Positions 12,187 to 25,546 of a stretch of DNA of 64,000 nt are shown piece after piece. A program made the position numbers and the translations under genes. How positions within the stretch are numbered: the first letter of the stretch is position 1; each line of letters opens with the position of its first letter. The notes below the pieces were generated by a model. It worked only from the letters and a program-made list of their open reading frames with translations, did not search any database and was not told the origin of the DNA. The stretch is from Eledone cirrhosa (Eukaryota): NCBI GenBank assembly GCA_964016885.1, contig OZ024742.1, positions 16,926,001-16,990,000 on the forward strand, read 5' to 3'.

Positions 12187-12795
12187 GGAAAAAATGAAAT
12201 TTCATTTCTCACTCTTAGTACGACTGATATTTAAATGTAAGTATGTATACGTACATACATATATGTATACAGACGTACGGTAGTATGTATATACATACAT
12301 GCACACATATATATATGTACGTATGGGTTTACCGAACATTTATTATAATGCTCGGTTTGTTTGTAAACAAACAGCCCGAATTAAGAGTACTAAGAGTGAG
12401 AAATGAAATTTCATTTTTTCCGTTTATCGATTTCGGTACACCCAGCCGACTAACTCACTCGATATGCTAATTAGGCTGCTCAGCCGTGAATATGCATAAG
12501 GAAGGTATATAGTTTCAAACGTTCAATCAACTGACAGGAAGGAATACGGTGCTGATGACAGCTAAGAAGCTAGAAAATAGTACATCGTTCCTTTGTCAGT
12601 TTTGAACAAAATGGCAACGATGGTTGCCGAACACTGTACGGCTTAATTCGGGTTGTTTGTTTACAAACAAACCGAACATTATAATAAATGTTCGGTAAAC
12701 CCATACGTACATATATATATGTGTATGTATGTATGTATATACATACTACTGTACGTCTGTATACATATATGCATGTACGTATACATACTTATATT
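11480..12795. mobile_element. Compound non-coding element with direct and inverted repeats and an HHR
   Basis: Direct repeat 11511-11558/12113-12160; ~145-bp inverted repeat 12238-12385/12643-12791 enclosing the HHR. Confidence 0.7.
12529..12601 (+). ncRNA. Type I hammerhead with extended bulged stem I
   Basis: aactgaca..aaggaa..cggtg-CTGATGA-cagctaagaagcta-GAAA-atag-TA-catcgttcctttgtcagtt. Confidence 0.8.
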
Positions 12796-13026
12796 TATAT
12801 ATATATATATATAAGTATATGTATAGATATATACATAAATATATATATATATACATATGTGTGTGTGTAGAAGCCATTTCTATATTGAATGTATATGCAT
12901 ATATATATTCAGATGTATATATATATATATATATATACATACACACACACACACACAAACATATATATATATATAAAGAGAGAGAGAGAAGGTGGGGAGT
13001 GAGAGAGAGAGAGAGAAAGAAGAATA

Positions 13027-13209
13027 ATAATTGTTTCTACTTTATGAACAAGGCCAGCAATTACCCAGTGCATTACTGGTACTTTATTTTATTGACCCCG
13101 TAAGGATGAAAGGCAAAGTCAACCACGGCGGGATTTGAACTCAGATCGTAAAGGGACGTAACTATGCTGGAAAGCATGGCGTCCGACCCTCTACCGATAC
13201 TGCCAATCC
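13027..13209 (-). mobile_element. SINE A, near full length
   Basis: Reverse complement of the 352-543 family. Confidence 0.85.
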
Positions 13210-13834
13210 AAGTAGTGAAAGTTTATTGACATATAATGCTATAAAAAGGGAAATATTTTGGGGCGATGTAGAAATGAAAAGACAGTGAAAGTAGAGGTAA
13301 TATAGAAAATTGTTTCCGTGTGACTATTATCTTATGTAGAATTTAATTTCACCAATTACCCTCCCCGGGGAGTAAATTATGTTTCCAATTTAAAATTAAT
13401 ATTTTCGATTTTAAAATCCTGGTGCCTTCAACCATTCCCATATACTTCACTGGTGCTAATTCTTTATTTACGATTAATAAAGTGTTTTAATAATTTCTAA
13501 TATTCCAAAGACCATTTAGCTTCAAGTTATGTACATTCTCAATTTAGTAAACAATAATATTAGTAATGAGTCTTGATGTTAGTAGAATTTTAACACCAAA
13601 CAACGATTGCTGTTTTATTAGCATATCACGTCTATTCCAGCTGATATCTTCGACTATATTTTCTTCCTGTTTAAGAGTATGCATCTTACGTATAAAAATG
13701 AAATCTTTGTGTTTCTGGTAAAGAAAAATTGAGATCTGTTTTAAAAGCTTGCATCTCCGATAGCTTTTAAAACAGAGATCAATGTACCTTTACCAGAAAC
13801 ACAGTAATGCGCTAGCTTCATCATTCGGCAATCA

Positions 13835-14048
13835 GAAGAAGGTGTAAAGCCAAACTCGCTATCTTCATTTCGGTATTCGTGTCAACCCTTACATATGGTC
13901 ATGAATCTTAGGTAATGACCGAAAGAATACTGTCGCAAATAAAAACGGCCGAAATGGGGTTCCTCCGAAGACCCTTCGGAGTATCATTACTCGGTAGAAT
14001 GAATAGCTTGGAAATGAGAAAGTCATTCCAGGTGGAGGAGCTACCTCT
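13835..14048 (+). mobile_element. RTE-type LINE fragment
   Basis: KAKLAIF.SVFV.TLTYGHES*VMTERILSQIKTAEMGFLRR; homologous to 41124-41420 and 50995-51545. Confidence 0.8.
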
Positions 14049-16118
14049 CGTATATTTGTTATTGGTTTCTGTACTATCTAGTGCAGTCAACCGTTTCTCA
14101 TTGCTATCCTTGAACTGCTTTTATGATGACAGAATTCCACTACAGTTTGTGGATGAGGAAAGGGACCTTTGTTTTTCAACTGTTGGTTGAGAGGGTGTGG
14201 AGAATTTATCGAACATTCTTCGAGATATAACCTGTACTATGACTGGCGTTTCTTTTAAGACAACATCCCCTGAGACCTGCTCTTGGTATTGCTGTTCCTC
14301 ATTCTCTCTATCATTTGCTAGTTCTTCGGAGTGGAAAGTATTTAAGTTGAACCCACTGCTTAGCTGTATGCTTCTCTAAACTAGTTTTATTGTCAATGAT
14401 TTTGATTGTCACGATTGTATTGATCCGTATTATTGATTGTTTATAAACCTATACGAAGACATATATCGAACTATGTCTGCTAGAGGAGTCACCTTACTTT
14501 CGATATTCATAATAATCCATATAGATTTTTCCGTTCGGGTAAAATACAGTCCTTCATTTCAGTTACTCGTTTGGAAACATACTGAAAGTCCACTCATTCT
14601 TAGAGAGGAAGTTGTATGACACATATTTCTTTATCGTTTTGGGAAAAACTCTTCAAATAAGGAAATGTATTATTTTGATAGCACTCTCATATGTTTGGCT
14701 CTGACTGAATACTTTTTTCGTCGGAAAGAATGTTTGCAAACTACTTTGAAACCAATTAGCAATTACACTCAACAATATATGAAATGAGGATATGTGTATA
14801 TGGAGGTATTGATAGTTGGTGAAGTGGTGTAGTGTGGTGTGATAGAATGTGGTGTGGTGTAGTATAGTGTGCTTTAGTGTGGTGTGTTTAATTCAAAAAC
14901 ATAATTACTAACGTCCACACTTATAACTACATATACAAAATGGTTCTAAAAACATCTGACTGATGAAATAACAAGTCAGTCAATCATATTGGTAGCCTCC
15001 CCACAGCCCGCCGACAGAATGGCGAAGGCGTTTCCCCGGAGGACGGCAAGGGAGACGCACTGGGGGGATATGTGTGTACTTGTGGGAGCGAGAGAGATAT
15101 TCTTGTTTTTTGTCGTTGCAGAACATATTTAACTCAGTATTGTCACGGTTTTCTGTTTGTGTTTGTTTGAGTTGCTAGCTTTGTTTTTGTGAATGTTTTC
15201 CATTTTTTTTTTTATACGTGTTTATGATTTCAAATGTCATAAAAATATTTCACCATTGTTCTTTTAACTAACGCAAAAACCGGAATAAGACTCGAGTATG
15301 TTCATGTTACCACCAAAGTGAAAACCTCTTTTTCTGGTTAGCCCAAAGCACGACGGAAAACAAAGTTTTGTTCGTGAGGTTCAGCCGAACAAAAGGCACT
15401 AAGTCTATCACCCCCCCCTCCTCGCTCTCCCCTTTTCCCACTGCCTTGCTCTTTTCATCCCTTTTCTTCTATTTATAGTCCACCCCTCTACTTTCCTATT
15501 CAGCCTTACTTACACTTACCCATTCTTGTATAAACTTTCCCTCGTTTTTTTCATTACTTAATTTTTTAAAGTCATTATTTTTCAATATTTCCATCATTGT
15601 ATAAGTTCTGTTTGTAAAATATAGTTGACATAATAAAACCATAACTTAACAAAAAAAAACTCCCTCCTACCCGCAAAAAAATAATCAGAAGAATATAAAT
15701 ATATTTCGTGTTATTGATTCTTTAGTCTTTGAAACTCTCTCCAATATTCTGCAAGATTTACTTACAATTTCCGGTAAGTTTTTTCTCTATTGTTTCTCCA
15801 GCTAACTGAGAAATTTCAATTAATTGGTAATCTTTTCGTATTTACTGAAAAAGGAACGTTCTTTCAGCCCACAAGCCCTTGGATTACTTATGTATATATG
15901 TGAATATCTATACATGCATACATACGTATCCACAGACACAAACGCATACACACAGACACACAAACACACACACACACACACACATACCTATATACATACA
16001 TATATACGTATATATAAATACATACATACATACATATATATAATCAACAACAAAGAACGCTTAGAGCATAGGTACGTCTTTACTTATATACATACATATA
16101 TATATATATCTCCCTTAT

Positions 16119-16160
<42 letters not shown>

Positions 16161-16274
16161 TTTTCATGAAGATTATATATATATGTGTGTGTATATATAT
16201 ATAACGCACACACACATACCTATATACATACATATATACGTATATATAAATACATACATGCATACATACATACA

Positions 16275-16355
<81 letters not shown>

Positions 16356-16535
16356 CTTTCATGAAAATTATATATATATGAAAATTATGTATATATATAT
16401 ATATATATATAATTTTCATGAAAATTATATATATATATATATAACGGAGGAAATGTGGTAAGGAACCAGGTGGGCCATAACGCACCAAAGTACTCAATAC
16501 TTAGGGTAGTAGAGTGGGTAATAGGAACGAGTAGG

Positions 16536-16631
16536 ACCCCGACGGCAGAGCTCAAGCCGTTTCGACGGCTAATTCTGGACTAAATGAACATTTTTATCCT
16601 GGTATTTGAATAGCCGAGCTTCTCAAGGGGT
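16536..16631 (-). ncRNA. Type I hammerhead, U3-A8 covariant core
   Basis: acccc-TTGAGAA-gctcggcta..tagccgtc-GAAA-cggc..gccg-TC-ggggt. Confidence 0.75.
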
Positions 16632-17744
16632 AATTCCATATATCGTAAAATTGATTGTCACAAGGATTGGTCAAAAGGTTTGTTGTTGAGACATAATAAT
16701 TCAATGGTGGCAATTTGTGGAGGGAAGGGGTAGCAGAACCTGCCAGTAGGAGAAAGAGGGAGAGGGGGTTGAGGAGATCCATTCATGCGTTGATAGTGCC
16801 GACTACAGCTGTGCATGAGGTCAAAGAAGAAACTAGGGAGGGGGAGGGGCAAGAAGGCGAAACGATAAGTAGAACAATATGGGGTAAGTATAAAGAAAAA
16901 TACCGGGAGTGTTAAAAGGCAATTAAATGTAAAGAAAAATAAACAATTTCTGGTTACTACGACCTAAGTCTCTCACTGGTACTGCTAGGCTAAAGAAAGG
17001 TAAACTAGGTGGGACGGAATTATAATGGGGCCCTTTTAAGAGGTATAAGTAATAAACCGAATATATCTTACAGTGACGGGTCAACAAGTGAGGGGCCAAG
17101 ATACTAAAGAAACTACCACTAAATAATAAATGAAGGTTTCTACCCCAGGCACAAGGCCAGCAACCACCCAGTGCAAAGAAGTAAACTAATACGAAATAAT
17201 AATTCAGCGTCCCGAAAAAGAATACTACTACTATCTCTAAGGGTGCCACCAAAATACAAAAGTTCTAGTGCAAGCTACATAAAAGCTCGTACGAAGTATA
17301 AGTAAAAATTGATACGGAAAATTAGTTCAGAGCCCCCCCCCCAAAAAAAAAAATAAAATAAAATAAATACTGATATACGAGAAATTAAAGCAAAGATACC
17401 ACTAAGAAATATAGAAAGCACGGAAACGGGGCAGCGATCGGATAAGAGGGCAAGTATCCGGGGTCTAACACATCTGCTGTAAAAAGCGGAGTCGGCCAAA
17501 TCTATCATAGAATAGGGGAATGGGGTTGGGGGTACTGAGGCTACAAAGGACCGAGGGGCTGCCTCGGGTGGGCGAGAAAAAGACGACGACAAACAAAGAG
17601 AACTGGGGTGAAAGAACTAGGGAGGGATGGGGGGAAGAAGGAAATATATAGGAAGTGATAAAAAGATATAAAAGAAGATCTTACATCTAACCTTTGCAAG
17701 CAGGGGTTACCCATTACAAAATCGGCAAGTGGGGTGTTATAGCC

Positions 17745-19325
17745 CTAGTCTACCCCCCCCCCCGGTCATTATGGGGTTTGAGGGTGAGGTAAGTCCTACG
17801 CAGTCTGTGTTTACATGCAGTAACCAGTTCATCTTTCTTGTTTAGGAGTTGGTCCGTCGAAAACAGCATTTGTAAAGTTACCTCCGAGCATAAATTGCAC
17901 GGACGGCGTCCTCCCGTGTAAGAGTTGGCTCTGGACAGTAAGCTCCAAGTGAGATCATAGGTAATGTTGTTATCCTTGAGGTCTCATATGTGGCCCGAAA
18001 GTGTAGTGGCGTGACGCCGGGCTGGGTTTCGGAAGGTATGTCTGTGTTGGTATAGCCGGGTCTTGAAGTCAAATGCGGTTAATCTTATATAAGCTTTGTT
18101 GGAGGTGTCCGTCCTCACGTTGCACTGGTAGATCACATTACGATCTCTGCATCTGTTGTCGAGGGGGCAAATGGATCCATCAGGACAGTTGCACCTCCTG
18201 GTCGGCTCTCCACTGCTATTTGGGTTATTTCTTCCATAAGGGTTGCGTTTTTTGTTGTTAGAGGAGACGATGTTTTGTGCAAAGTTTGGTGTGGTGCTGT
18301 AAGAGAGTTTGATGGTATTTTTGTTAATTATGTTGTGGTAGCGGTGTTGTAGTGGGAAGTATTTTTCAATGAGCCTAAAGAAGATTTTCCCGATAGGAGT
18401 TGTCACCTCGGCGGGCGTTGTGGGGAGGATTGAACCATGTTACATTGCGTGAGCGGCGGTGTTGTCTACTGGTTCCGCTAATGGGAGCTGGACAGTAGGA
18501 TATTTCCTCCCGGAAACCACTCCGCTTGAGGACCTGGTTGTAATAAGGCGCATGTTCATCGAATATCTGCTCATTAGCTGACAAACGGGATATGCGGAGG
18601 GAGATGTTTTTAACCAGGTTATTGGTGATGTTCCTAGGATGGTTTGACCGGCGGTGGATGTAGTGCAGGTTGTCGTTAGGTTTCCTGTATGGGTAGTACA
18701 GATCATTATCGAGGTCAAGGGTAACGTCCAGGAAGTTTACTCGGGTCAGGAACGTTTGTATGGTTATTTTAAATCCCCAGTCGCGGAAGAAGCTGATTAA
18801 TTGTTTACGGACCCGATCTGTACTACTGGGGTTGTACCCTTTAAGGGTAAGGAGCCCATCATCACGGTACAATACACCGCCGAATGGAGGGAACATATCG
18901 GTGAGTTTGGCTATTAGGAATAATCCTATAAGATCTGTAACCTCAGCCGAATCCGTCGCGCCCATGCTGACGTCGAAGGGTGAGTCGGGAGCTCTCTTTA
19001 TCCATTTGGAGTTGTCGAAGAGTAAGACTGTCTTCCTGGCTTGGAGGATGATGTTTCTCTCCTGGTCGGTGATGGGCACAAGTGCTTCGGCGAAGTCCAA
19101 GGCAGCCGTAAGTAGCGGTAAGGTGATTGAAGCGTAGTAACTCTCTATGTCAAACTGGATGAATTTGGTGTCTCGTTTTTCCTCCATATTGCTGAACCAT
19201 GAGATTACTTCCTGGGTGTTGACCCATAGGCTGAGTAGGGCGTGTTGCTTCACTTTTGATATCAGGCGGTCTAGGATTTTTTTGCTGATTCTCCCTATGT
19301 CGGACTTCGTTGGGTTTATAAGCCT
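17745..19325 (-). pseudogene. PLE RT + C-terminal GIY-YIG endonuclease, with frameshifts and one TGA at a Trp position
   Basis: ORFs 18375-19253 and 17984-18406; read-through past 17984 gives DLKDNNITYDLTWSLL..CNLC..LLNKKDEL..CKHR. Confidence 0.85.
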
Positions 19326-19391
19326 GATAGAGGGTATATATAGAGGGTATATATATATATAGAGAGGGTATATATATATATATATATAGAG

Positions 19392-19462
<71 letters not shown>

Positions 19463-19466
<4 letters not shown>

Positions 19467-20201
19467 CGTTTCTGAATTTGTTTAGCAAGATTCTTTATTT
19501 GAAAACGTGTGTTGAAACCGATATTGTTATACTTTGGGAGGGTCATGTTGCCAATAAGAAACACACGCACCAGTTGCTTTCCCTTCAATTTATTATAAAT
19601 TAAATTTATAAATTTCCGGTTGGTTGGTTGGTTGGTTGGTTCGACAACCAGACGATTGTTCATATATTGTCAAAGTTCTTTCGTCACACATTCTGTGACC
19701 TCTTAAGGGACTGGGTATTCTTTTCTTTGTTTTTGTGCCTCTCCTTTGTTCTGTCCTATGCCATCTTGTGTGTGTTGTGTGCTTAGTTTGCGCATGTGTT
19801 ATATCCAGGTGTCTGTGTGTGTTTATATTTGTTTATTTATTTGTTTATTTACATGTTACTGGTTGGTTGTTTGTTTTATGTGTGTGGGTGTTTTTATTTT
19901 GTCCTTAATTGTAACACATGCGCAAACTAAGCACATAACACACACAAAAACAAGATGACGTAGGACAGAACAAAGGAGAGGCACAAAAACAAAGAAAAAA
20001 ATCCTCAGTCACTGAAGAGGTCACAAAATGTGTGACGAAAGAACTTTGACAATATATGAACAATCGTCTGGTTGTGGAACCAACCAACCAACGGGAAATT
20101 TATAAATTCCTAAGTTTATAAATTTAATTTATAATAAATTGAAGTGAAAGCAACTGGTGCGTGTGTTTCTTATTGGCAACATGACCCTCCCAGAGTATAA
20201 C
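19463..20201. mobile_element. Inverted pair of PLE2-like pseudo-LTRs
   Basis: 19526-19800 is the reverse complement of 19910-20201; HHR intact at 20008-20050 (+) and decayed at 19669-19711 (-). Confidence 0.85.
20008..20050 (+). ncRNA. Minimal type I hammerhead
   Basis: gtca-CTGAAGA-ggtcacaaaatgtgtgac-GAAA-gaac-TT-tgac. Confidence 0.8.
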
Positions 20202-20263
20202 TATATATATATATATATATTTAGTTTTGTTGGTTCACCACTGGATAGAACTGGTCATTCCGT

Positions 20264-20297
<34 letters not shown>

Positions 20298-20339
20298 CGT
20301 GTGTATTTGTGCGTGTGTATGTGTGTGTGTGCGTGTGTG

Positions 20340-20423
<84 letters not shown>

Positions 20424-20477
20424 CATACATATATATACATATATATATGTATACTTGTATATATATTATTATTTTAT

Positions 20478-20720
20478 TACGGCTCTTTCCATTCTGAGTT
20501 CAAATCCCGCCGGGGTCAACTTTGCCTTTCATCCTTAGGAGGTCGATAAAATAAAGTACCAGTAATGTACTGAGTAATGGCAAGTTCAGCCACCCCTTGA
20601 AACGGCTTGAGCTCTGCCGTCAGGGTCATACTTTTTCCTATTTCCCACTCTATTACCCTAAGTATTGAGTACTTTGGTGCGTTATGGTCCATCTGGTTCC
20701 TTACCACAATTCCTTTGTTA
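20478..20720 (+). mobile_element. Partial SINE A followed by an internally deleted PLE3-family tail
   Basis: B box and body 20494-20578; 20592-20720 matches the reverse of 16441-16631 with the HHR stem II deleted. Confidence 0.7.
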
Positions 20721-20911
20721 TATATATATATATATATATATACATACATACATACATATACATATATGTATATATATGTGTGTGCGTGTCTGTGAGCGCG
20801 GCCGACCGAGGTAGATGTTACTAAATAGTCGGTCGTCCTCTTGTCTCCGATTTTCAGCCCCATGGATTTTATTTGTTATATTCCTACACATTTTTAAACA
20901 TACAGTATCAA

Positions 20912-21385
20912 TAATTTGAAAAATATTATTGAAAGTTTATTATAAAGAAGCAGTTTCAGGAAAAAGTGTAAACTATCATACAAACCTTCATAATATGCAT
21001 TTTTAAACTTGCATATCATCGACATTGCTATTTCACTGTTAATAAACTATCATCCTTCTACATTTAACGATCATACAGTACCGTTTTATGAAATCGATTC
21101 TGCAGTACGGTCACTGTTTTCCATCAAAAGAAATAAAACCCTTAAATTGCGAAGAAGGGACGCGTCTTTTTATTTTAATTCTAATTCATGTTAACCACCA
21201 CAAACAGTAAGTAGTATTTTTCAAATTGCATATCATCGACATTGCTATTTCGCTGTTAATAAACAACGCTTTTCACATCGCTCCACTTCTCATTGTACGC
21301 TGTCCAGCCCCAAGTGCATATTTCTATTTTTTTTCCTGAAACTGCTTCTTTATAATAAACTTTCAATAATATTTTTCAAATTATT
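20912..21385. repeat. MITE-like or foldback element, ~54-bp terminal inverted repeats
   Basis: 20912-20966 is the reverse complement of 21330-21384; internal direct repeat at 21009 and 21226. Confidence 0.7.
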
Positions 21386-21861
21386 AACTTAATAAAAAGT
21401 ATCTACATGTTCTGGAGAAGTCCCTGTAGCTTGAGGGACTTCTTTAGAACATGTAGACACCTCTCGACCAGACCTCCCTCAAGCTATATGGGCAGTAACA
21501 ACACCTAGGTTGGGAACTCCCCTCAAGCCATAGGGACCCACCCAGGCTGAGTGGACACCATGGTAGCCTAGAGATTGATTCTGACACAGCCTTTCTAATT
21601 TGGCAACATCTTTATAACACACACACATTTTATTTTACTTGATTTTTCATTTGTTTTCTGTTTTCTTCACTATATTGTTTTCTTCACTTTATTAACTTAT
21701 ATTTAAGTTGAGATTGGTTATAACACACAGACATTTTATTTGATTAACTTATTTCGTTTTATTCTTTTATTCTTTTACCATCTTGTTCCTCGTTCCACTT
21801 TATCCAACATCTTTCTGACTTTGAGATAGGTTATAGCACGCACACATTTTATTTTATTTGA

Positions 21862-22010
21862 ATTTTCATTTTTCATTTTTCATTTTTCATTTTTCATTTT
21901 TCATTTTTCATTTTTCATTTTTCATTTTTCATTTTTCATTTTTCATTTTTCATTTTTCATTTTTCATTTTTCATTTTTCATTTTTCATTTTTCATTTTTC
22001 ATTTTTCATT
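21862..22010. repeat. (TTTTCAT)n heptamer array within a diverged tandem repeat (21.6-22.6 kb)
   Basis: Direct reading; flanking units share ATAACACACACACATTTT and GTAGAGGTCAGATGTACT..GAATTTCTATAGAC. Confidence 0.85.
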
Positions 22011-22666
22011 AAGTTTTCATTTCATTTATTTTCTATTTATTATTTATTTTCTGTTTTCTTCATTTTAATGCCTTCTATTTCTTCATATACATGGCAGACC
22101 CCCACCCCCACCCACCCCACCCCCACACCACGAGTAATGGTGACAGGATGGATGAAGAAACACACACAGATACTTCTAAATGTCAGCAGCAGCAAGATAT
22201 AGGCTGACCACAACACCAACACCACTACCAAAATAAGGGTAGAGGTCAGATGTACTTAACAATAGCAAAAACAAACACTACAGGGAGCCTCACCCCAGAA
22301 AGAATTTCTATAGACATTTAACTGAGGAATGCTCTCAAAACTTACCAATGGGAGGAGTGACCTTACAAATCTTTCTAACATTGAGATTTGGTATAACACA
22401 CACACATTTTACTTGATTATTTTATTTTGTTCCTTTACCATCTTATTCCTTCTACCACTTTATCATTTTTTTTAGCTGACTCCAACACCAACACCACTAC
22501 CAACATAAGAGTAGAGGTCAGATGTACTAAACAATAACAAGAACAACCACTACAGATTGCCTCGCCTCTGAACGAATTTCTATAGACTTCTGAGTGAGGA
22601 ATATTCTCACAACTGACCAATGAGAGGAGAAGATGTCCTTTGAAACTGAAATTCGTTTGTTTGAAT

Positions 22667-22885
22667 CCATATGATTCCAGTTCCTCAGTGAAATAACAGC
22701 CCAACCAGGAACTGGGCATATCCGAGTATTGAGAAAGTTAACCACCTCAACAACATGTGTACTCGTCTCTACCACACTAATTCGGACTGCCTGAAGAGGT
22801 CACAACCAAAGATGGCTGTCACTGAAATATATATAGCAGTAATAAACGAAGCCAAATTTTAAACATTTGACTTATTTATTTTATT
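22667..22885 (+). mobile_element. Solo copy of the PLE1 3' tail with HHR (22786-22840)
   Basis: Reverse complement of 6026-6240; actgc-CTGAAGA..GAAA-tatata-TA-gcagt. Confidence 0.85.
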
Positions 22886-23031
22886 TTACATTACTCCGGA
22901 GTAACCAAACCAACCTGCGCATTTCGTTGAGTGCTCCAATCTACACACTGGGGTGTTGGTATACAAACAACATATACCCACAATTTATATATATATAATT
23001 ATATATATATATACATGCATACACACACACC

Positions 23032-23083
<52 letters not shown>

Positions 23084-23264
23084 CACATACATACGCACAC
23101 GCACACACACACATATATATATATATGTATGTATAAATATATATACATATATACATATATGTATATGTATATATATATATATAAATATGTGCGCGTGTGT
23201 ACTTGCACTACACAAGCACATACACACACACACACACACATACACACACATATTTATATGTATA

Positions 23265-23385
23265 TAATTGTTTCTACTTTAGGCACAAGGCCAGCAATTA
23301 CCCAGTGCATTACTGGTACTTTATTTTATCGACCCCATAAGGATGAAAGGCAAAGTCAACCTCGGCGGGATTTGAACTCATACCG
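23265..23385 (-). mobile_element. SINE A, 5'-truncated
   Basis: Matches family tail, body and B box. Confidence 0.8.
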
Positions 23386-24022
23386 TAATGAAAGAGAAAG
23401 GAAGAGAAAGAAGAGAGAGAAAAAAGAAAAGAGATAGGGAGAGTGCGGTAGCTTATATTAATATATTTAATGTTTTACCAAAGAACTGTTTTTTCCATTA
23501 AACACATATATGAGACATTTTCATGGAAGCATGTAACCTACAGGTATTCATTTCTGGAAGATTATAATAATAGAAATTGTCTGAGATTTGAAATTGTACC
23601 TGGAAAAATGTGATTATAGATTATAAATATATAATTTGAAAGTGGAGTGATTGTTATACTGATAACGGTGAAGGTGTGTAGAATGGAGACTGATCACGAC
23701 AGTTGTGCTGATACCAACTGTACTTGTAGGTGTTCATTGTCATATTCCTCATTAGTTTAGTAAATCAATATGGAATTAACATGTGATGATATATTCATTA
23801 TTATTATTATTATTGGCATGTTCGGACGCCTTTTAGGCTACTTCAAGTAAGTCGCTTTATTTGCCTGTTAAAATTATTTGTTGCTAAATATTTCTTGTTG
23901 TGTAAGGGATATAAGCCCTTAGACTTTGCCCTGTGACGGGGAAAGTATAATATTTGGGCCTTTTGGCCAAAATATTTGAACTTCTTTTTACATGTTAAAA
24001 AATTTACGGAGAAAAAAAAAAC

Positions 24023-25513
24023 ATGGCTGAGCAACAGTGATAACAGCAACAGTGATAACAACAATACCAACAAGAACAACGACAACAACACCCCCAACGA
24101 AAACAAGAAGAACACTTTCATGGCGGCAGCTGCACAAAGGAGGCCATGCTTCAACATGGACCTCTCAAACAAAGATGAAAAGTTGGCCCAGGCATCAAGC
24201 AAGAGCAAACCTGGGCCAACTTAACTGCCCCGGTAGAAGCTATTGAGGCAGTGGAGCGCAGACCGGTGCATTATATATGCATCTCAGCACAAACCAAAAG
24301 GGCAGCTTTAATCCCACAAGAAGATGTCGAAGTCGCGCAGAGGTGCATCAGAGAAGACACCGAATACATAGAGAGGGCAGACAGTACGGCACCATTTGGG
24401 TGTTGTTCAAGTCAGAAGCCCTCGCTATGAAACACGCTATGACTCCTTTCAAAACCAGCAAGGTCATAATGTACCCCTCCCACATGGGAAAAAGAACGGC
24501 CCGTCTCCGCATTCCCAGAATCCCACAAGGACTTGACATGTGGTGGCTTCTGGGATGTGTGATTGTGGGGGAGACGGATACCGTCCCTATACAAGTGACC
24601 AGACCGGCCAGAGAGGACTGGTCCGGGGTTGACCTGGAGATCCTTCTCCAGATCAGGCCCGAGAATGTGAAGACAATCCCGAACCACATCCGCCTTCAGA
24701 ATGGGACGGTCATTCACATTATTACCGAAGGCAAAAGGCCGCAGTGTTTTGTTTGTGGGGAAAAAACCCATTTGCGAGCCTTCTGCCCTCAACTGCTGAA
24801 AGAGGCAAGGAGTCGAAAGGCTCCACTGCTGCCGACGCTGGGGCGAGGACCACAACCAACAACAGCACCGGCAAAACCACCAACAACAACACCAATAGAA
24901 AGACCACCACCAACATTGACCACCCAGGGGTGAAACGAGGAAAGCTGTCAAATCCCCCCCCCCCCCCCCAAAAAAAAGAAATACACACACCAATAAAACC
25001 ATAAAAAACGCAAACACCACCCACGCAAACATCTCTCAAATGACACCAACATCAACACCACCATCACCATCACCAGAATCCCACAAACGCAAACAGCCTA
25101 AACAGACGCAAGAACAAATATACACACAAACATCTGAAACCACAGACACCGCACTCACAACAAACACAGACACAACCGAAACAACACCACCAAAACTATC
25201 ACCACCACAGCCACGCAAACAAATAAAATCACACCAATAAAACATACAAACTTCGTGCTCGTCAGGAGGGCCAACAAGGAACTCATGGCCCTCGTAGCAT
25301 GAAGTGAAAATATACAAAAAGAGAAGGAAATTTTTTAATCGAGCACATTTCGCGTGCCGGAAGATTTGGTGCTGGTGCGAATGTCGCTCGACATATTCAA
25401 ACAAATACGAGACAGCTTTCCTCGGGACGTGGGAACCCCGAACGTAAAACCCACTTCAAGACTTTAAAGGGGTTCCCAACAATCCGACCTTCACAAGATC
25501 CCGGAAAGTAAGT
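24023..25513 (+). pseudogene. LINE ORF1 (gag-like; knuckle CFVCGEKTHLRAFC; Pro/Thr-rich tail), frameshifted
   Basis: ORF 24277-24933 contains C-X2-C-X4-H-X4-C; homologous to ORF1 of copy 2; ends approximate. Confidence 0.75.
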
Positions 25514-25546
25514 AAACCTTCCTCTCTCTCTGTTTAATCTGCCAAC

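Larger units (their letters stand above)
16441..19325 (-). mobile_element. PLE3: 5'-truncated Naiad-like Penelope element with ~1.3-kb 3' tail and HHR
   Basis: FIQFDIESYYASI, FDVSMGATDSAEVTDLIG, LYRDDGL, SNHPRNI, WFNPP, CNC..CPL..C, VIYQCNV..YIRLT..FKTRLYQH, CNLC, CKHR; (TA)n on both sides. Confidence 0.9.

Noticed and set aside
14993-15040. HDV-like ribozyme (CCTCCCCAC..GGCGAAG), also near 52850 and 46970-47040
   Set aside because: Could not build P1, P2 and P3 consistently in any copy; would need the family consensus
17984-17986. In-frame TGA in Naiad-like PLE3 (and 7271 in PLE1) as selenocysteine, known in some Naiads
   Set aside because: Both fall at conserved Trp positions (TGG to TGA); the Cys motifs use normal codons and I saw no convincing SECIS
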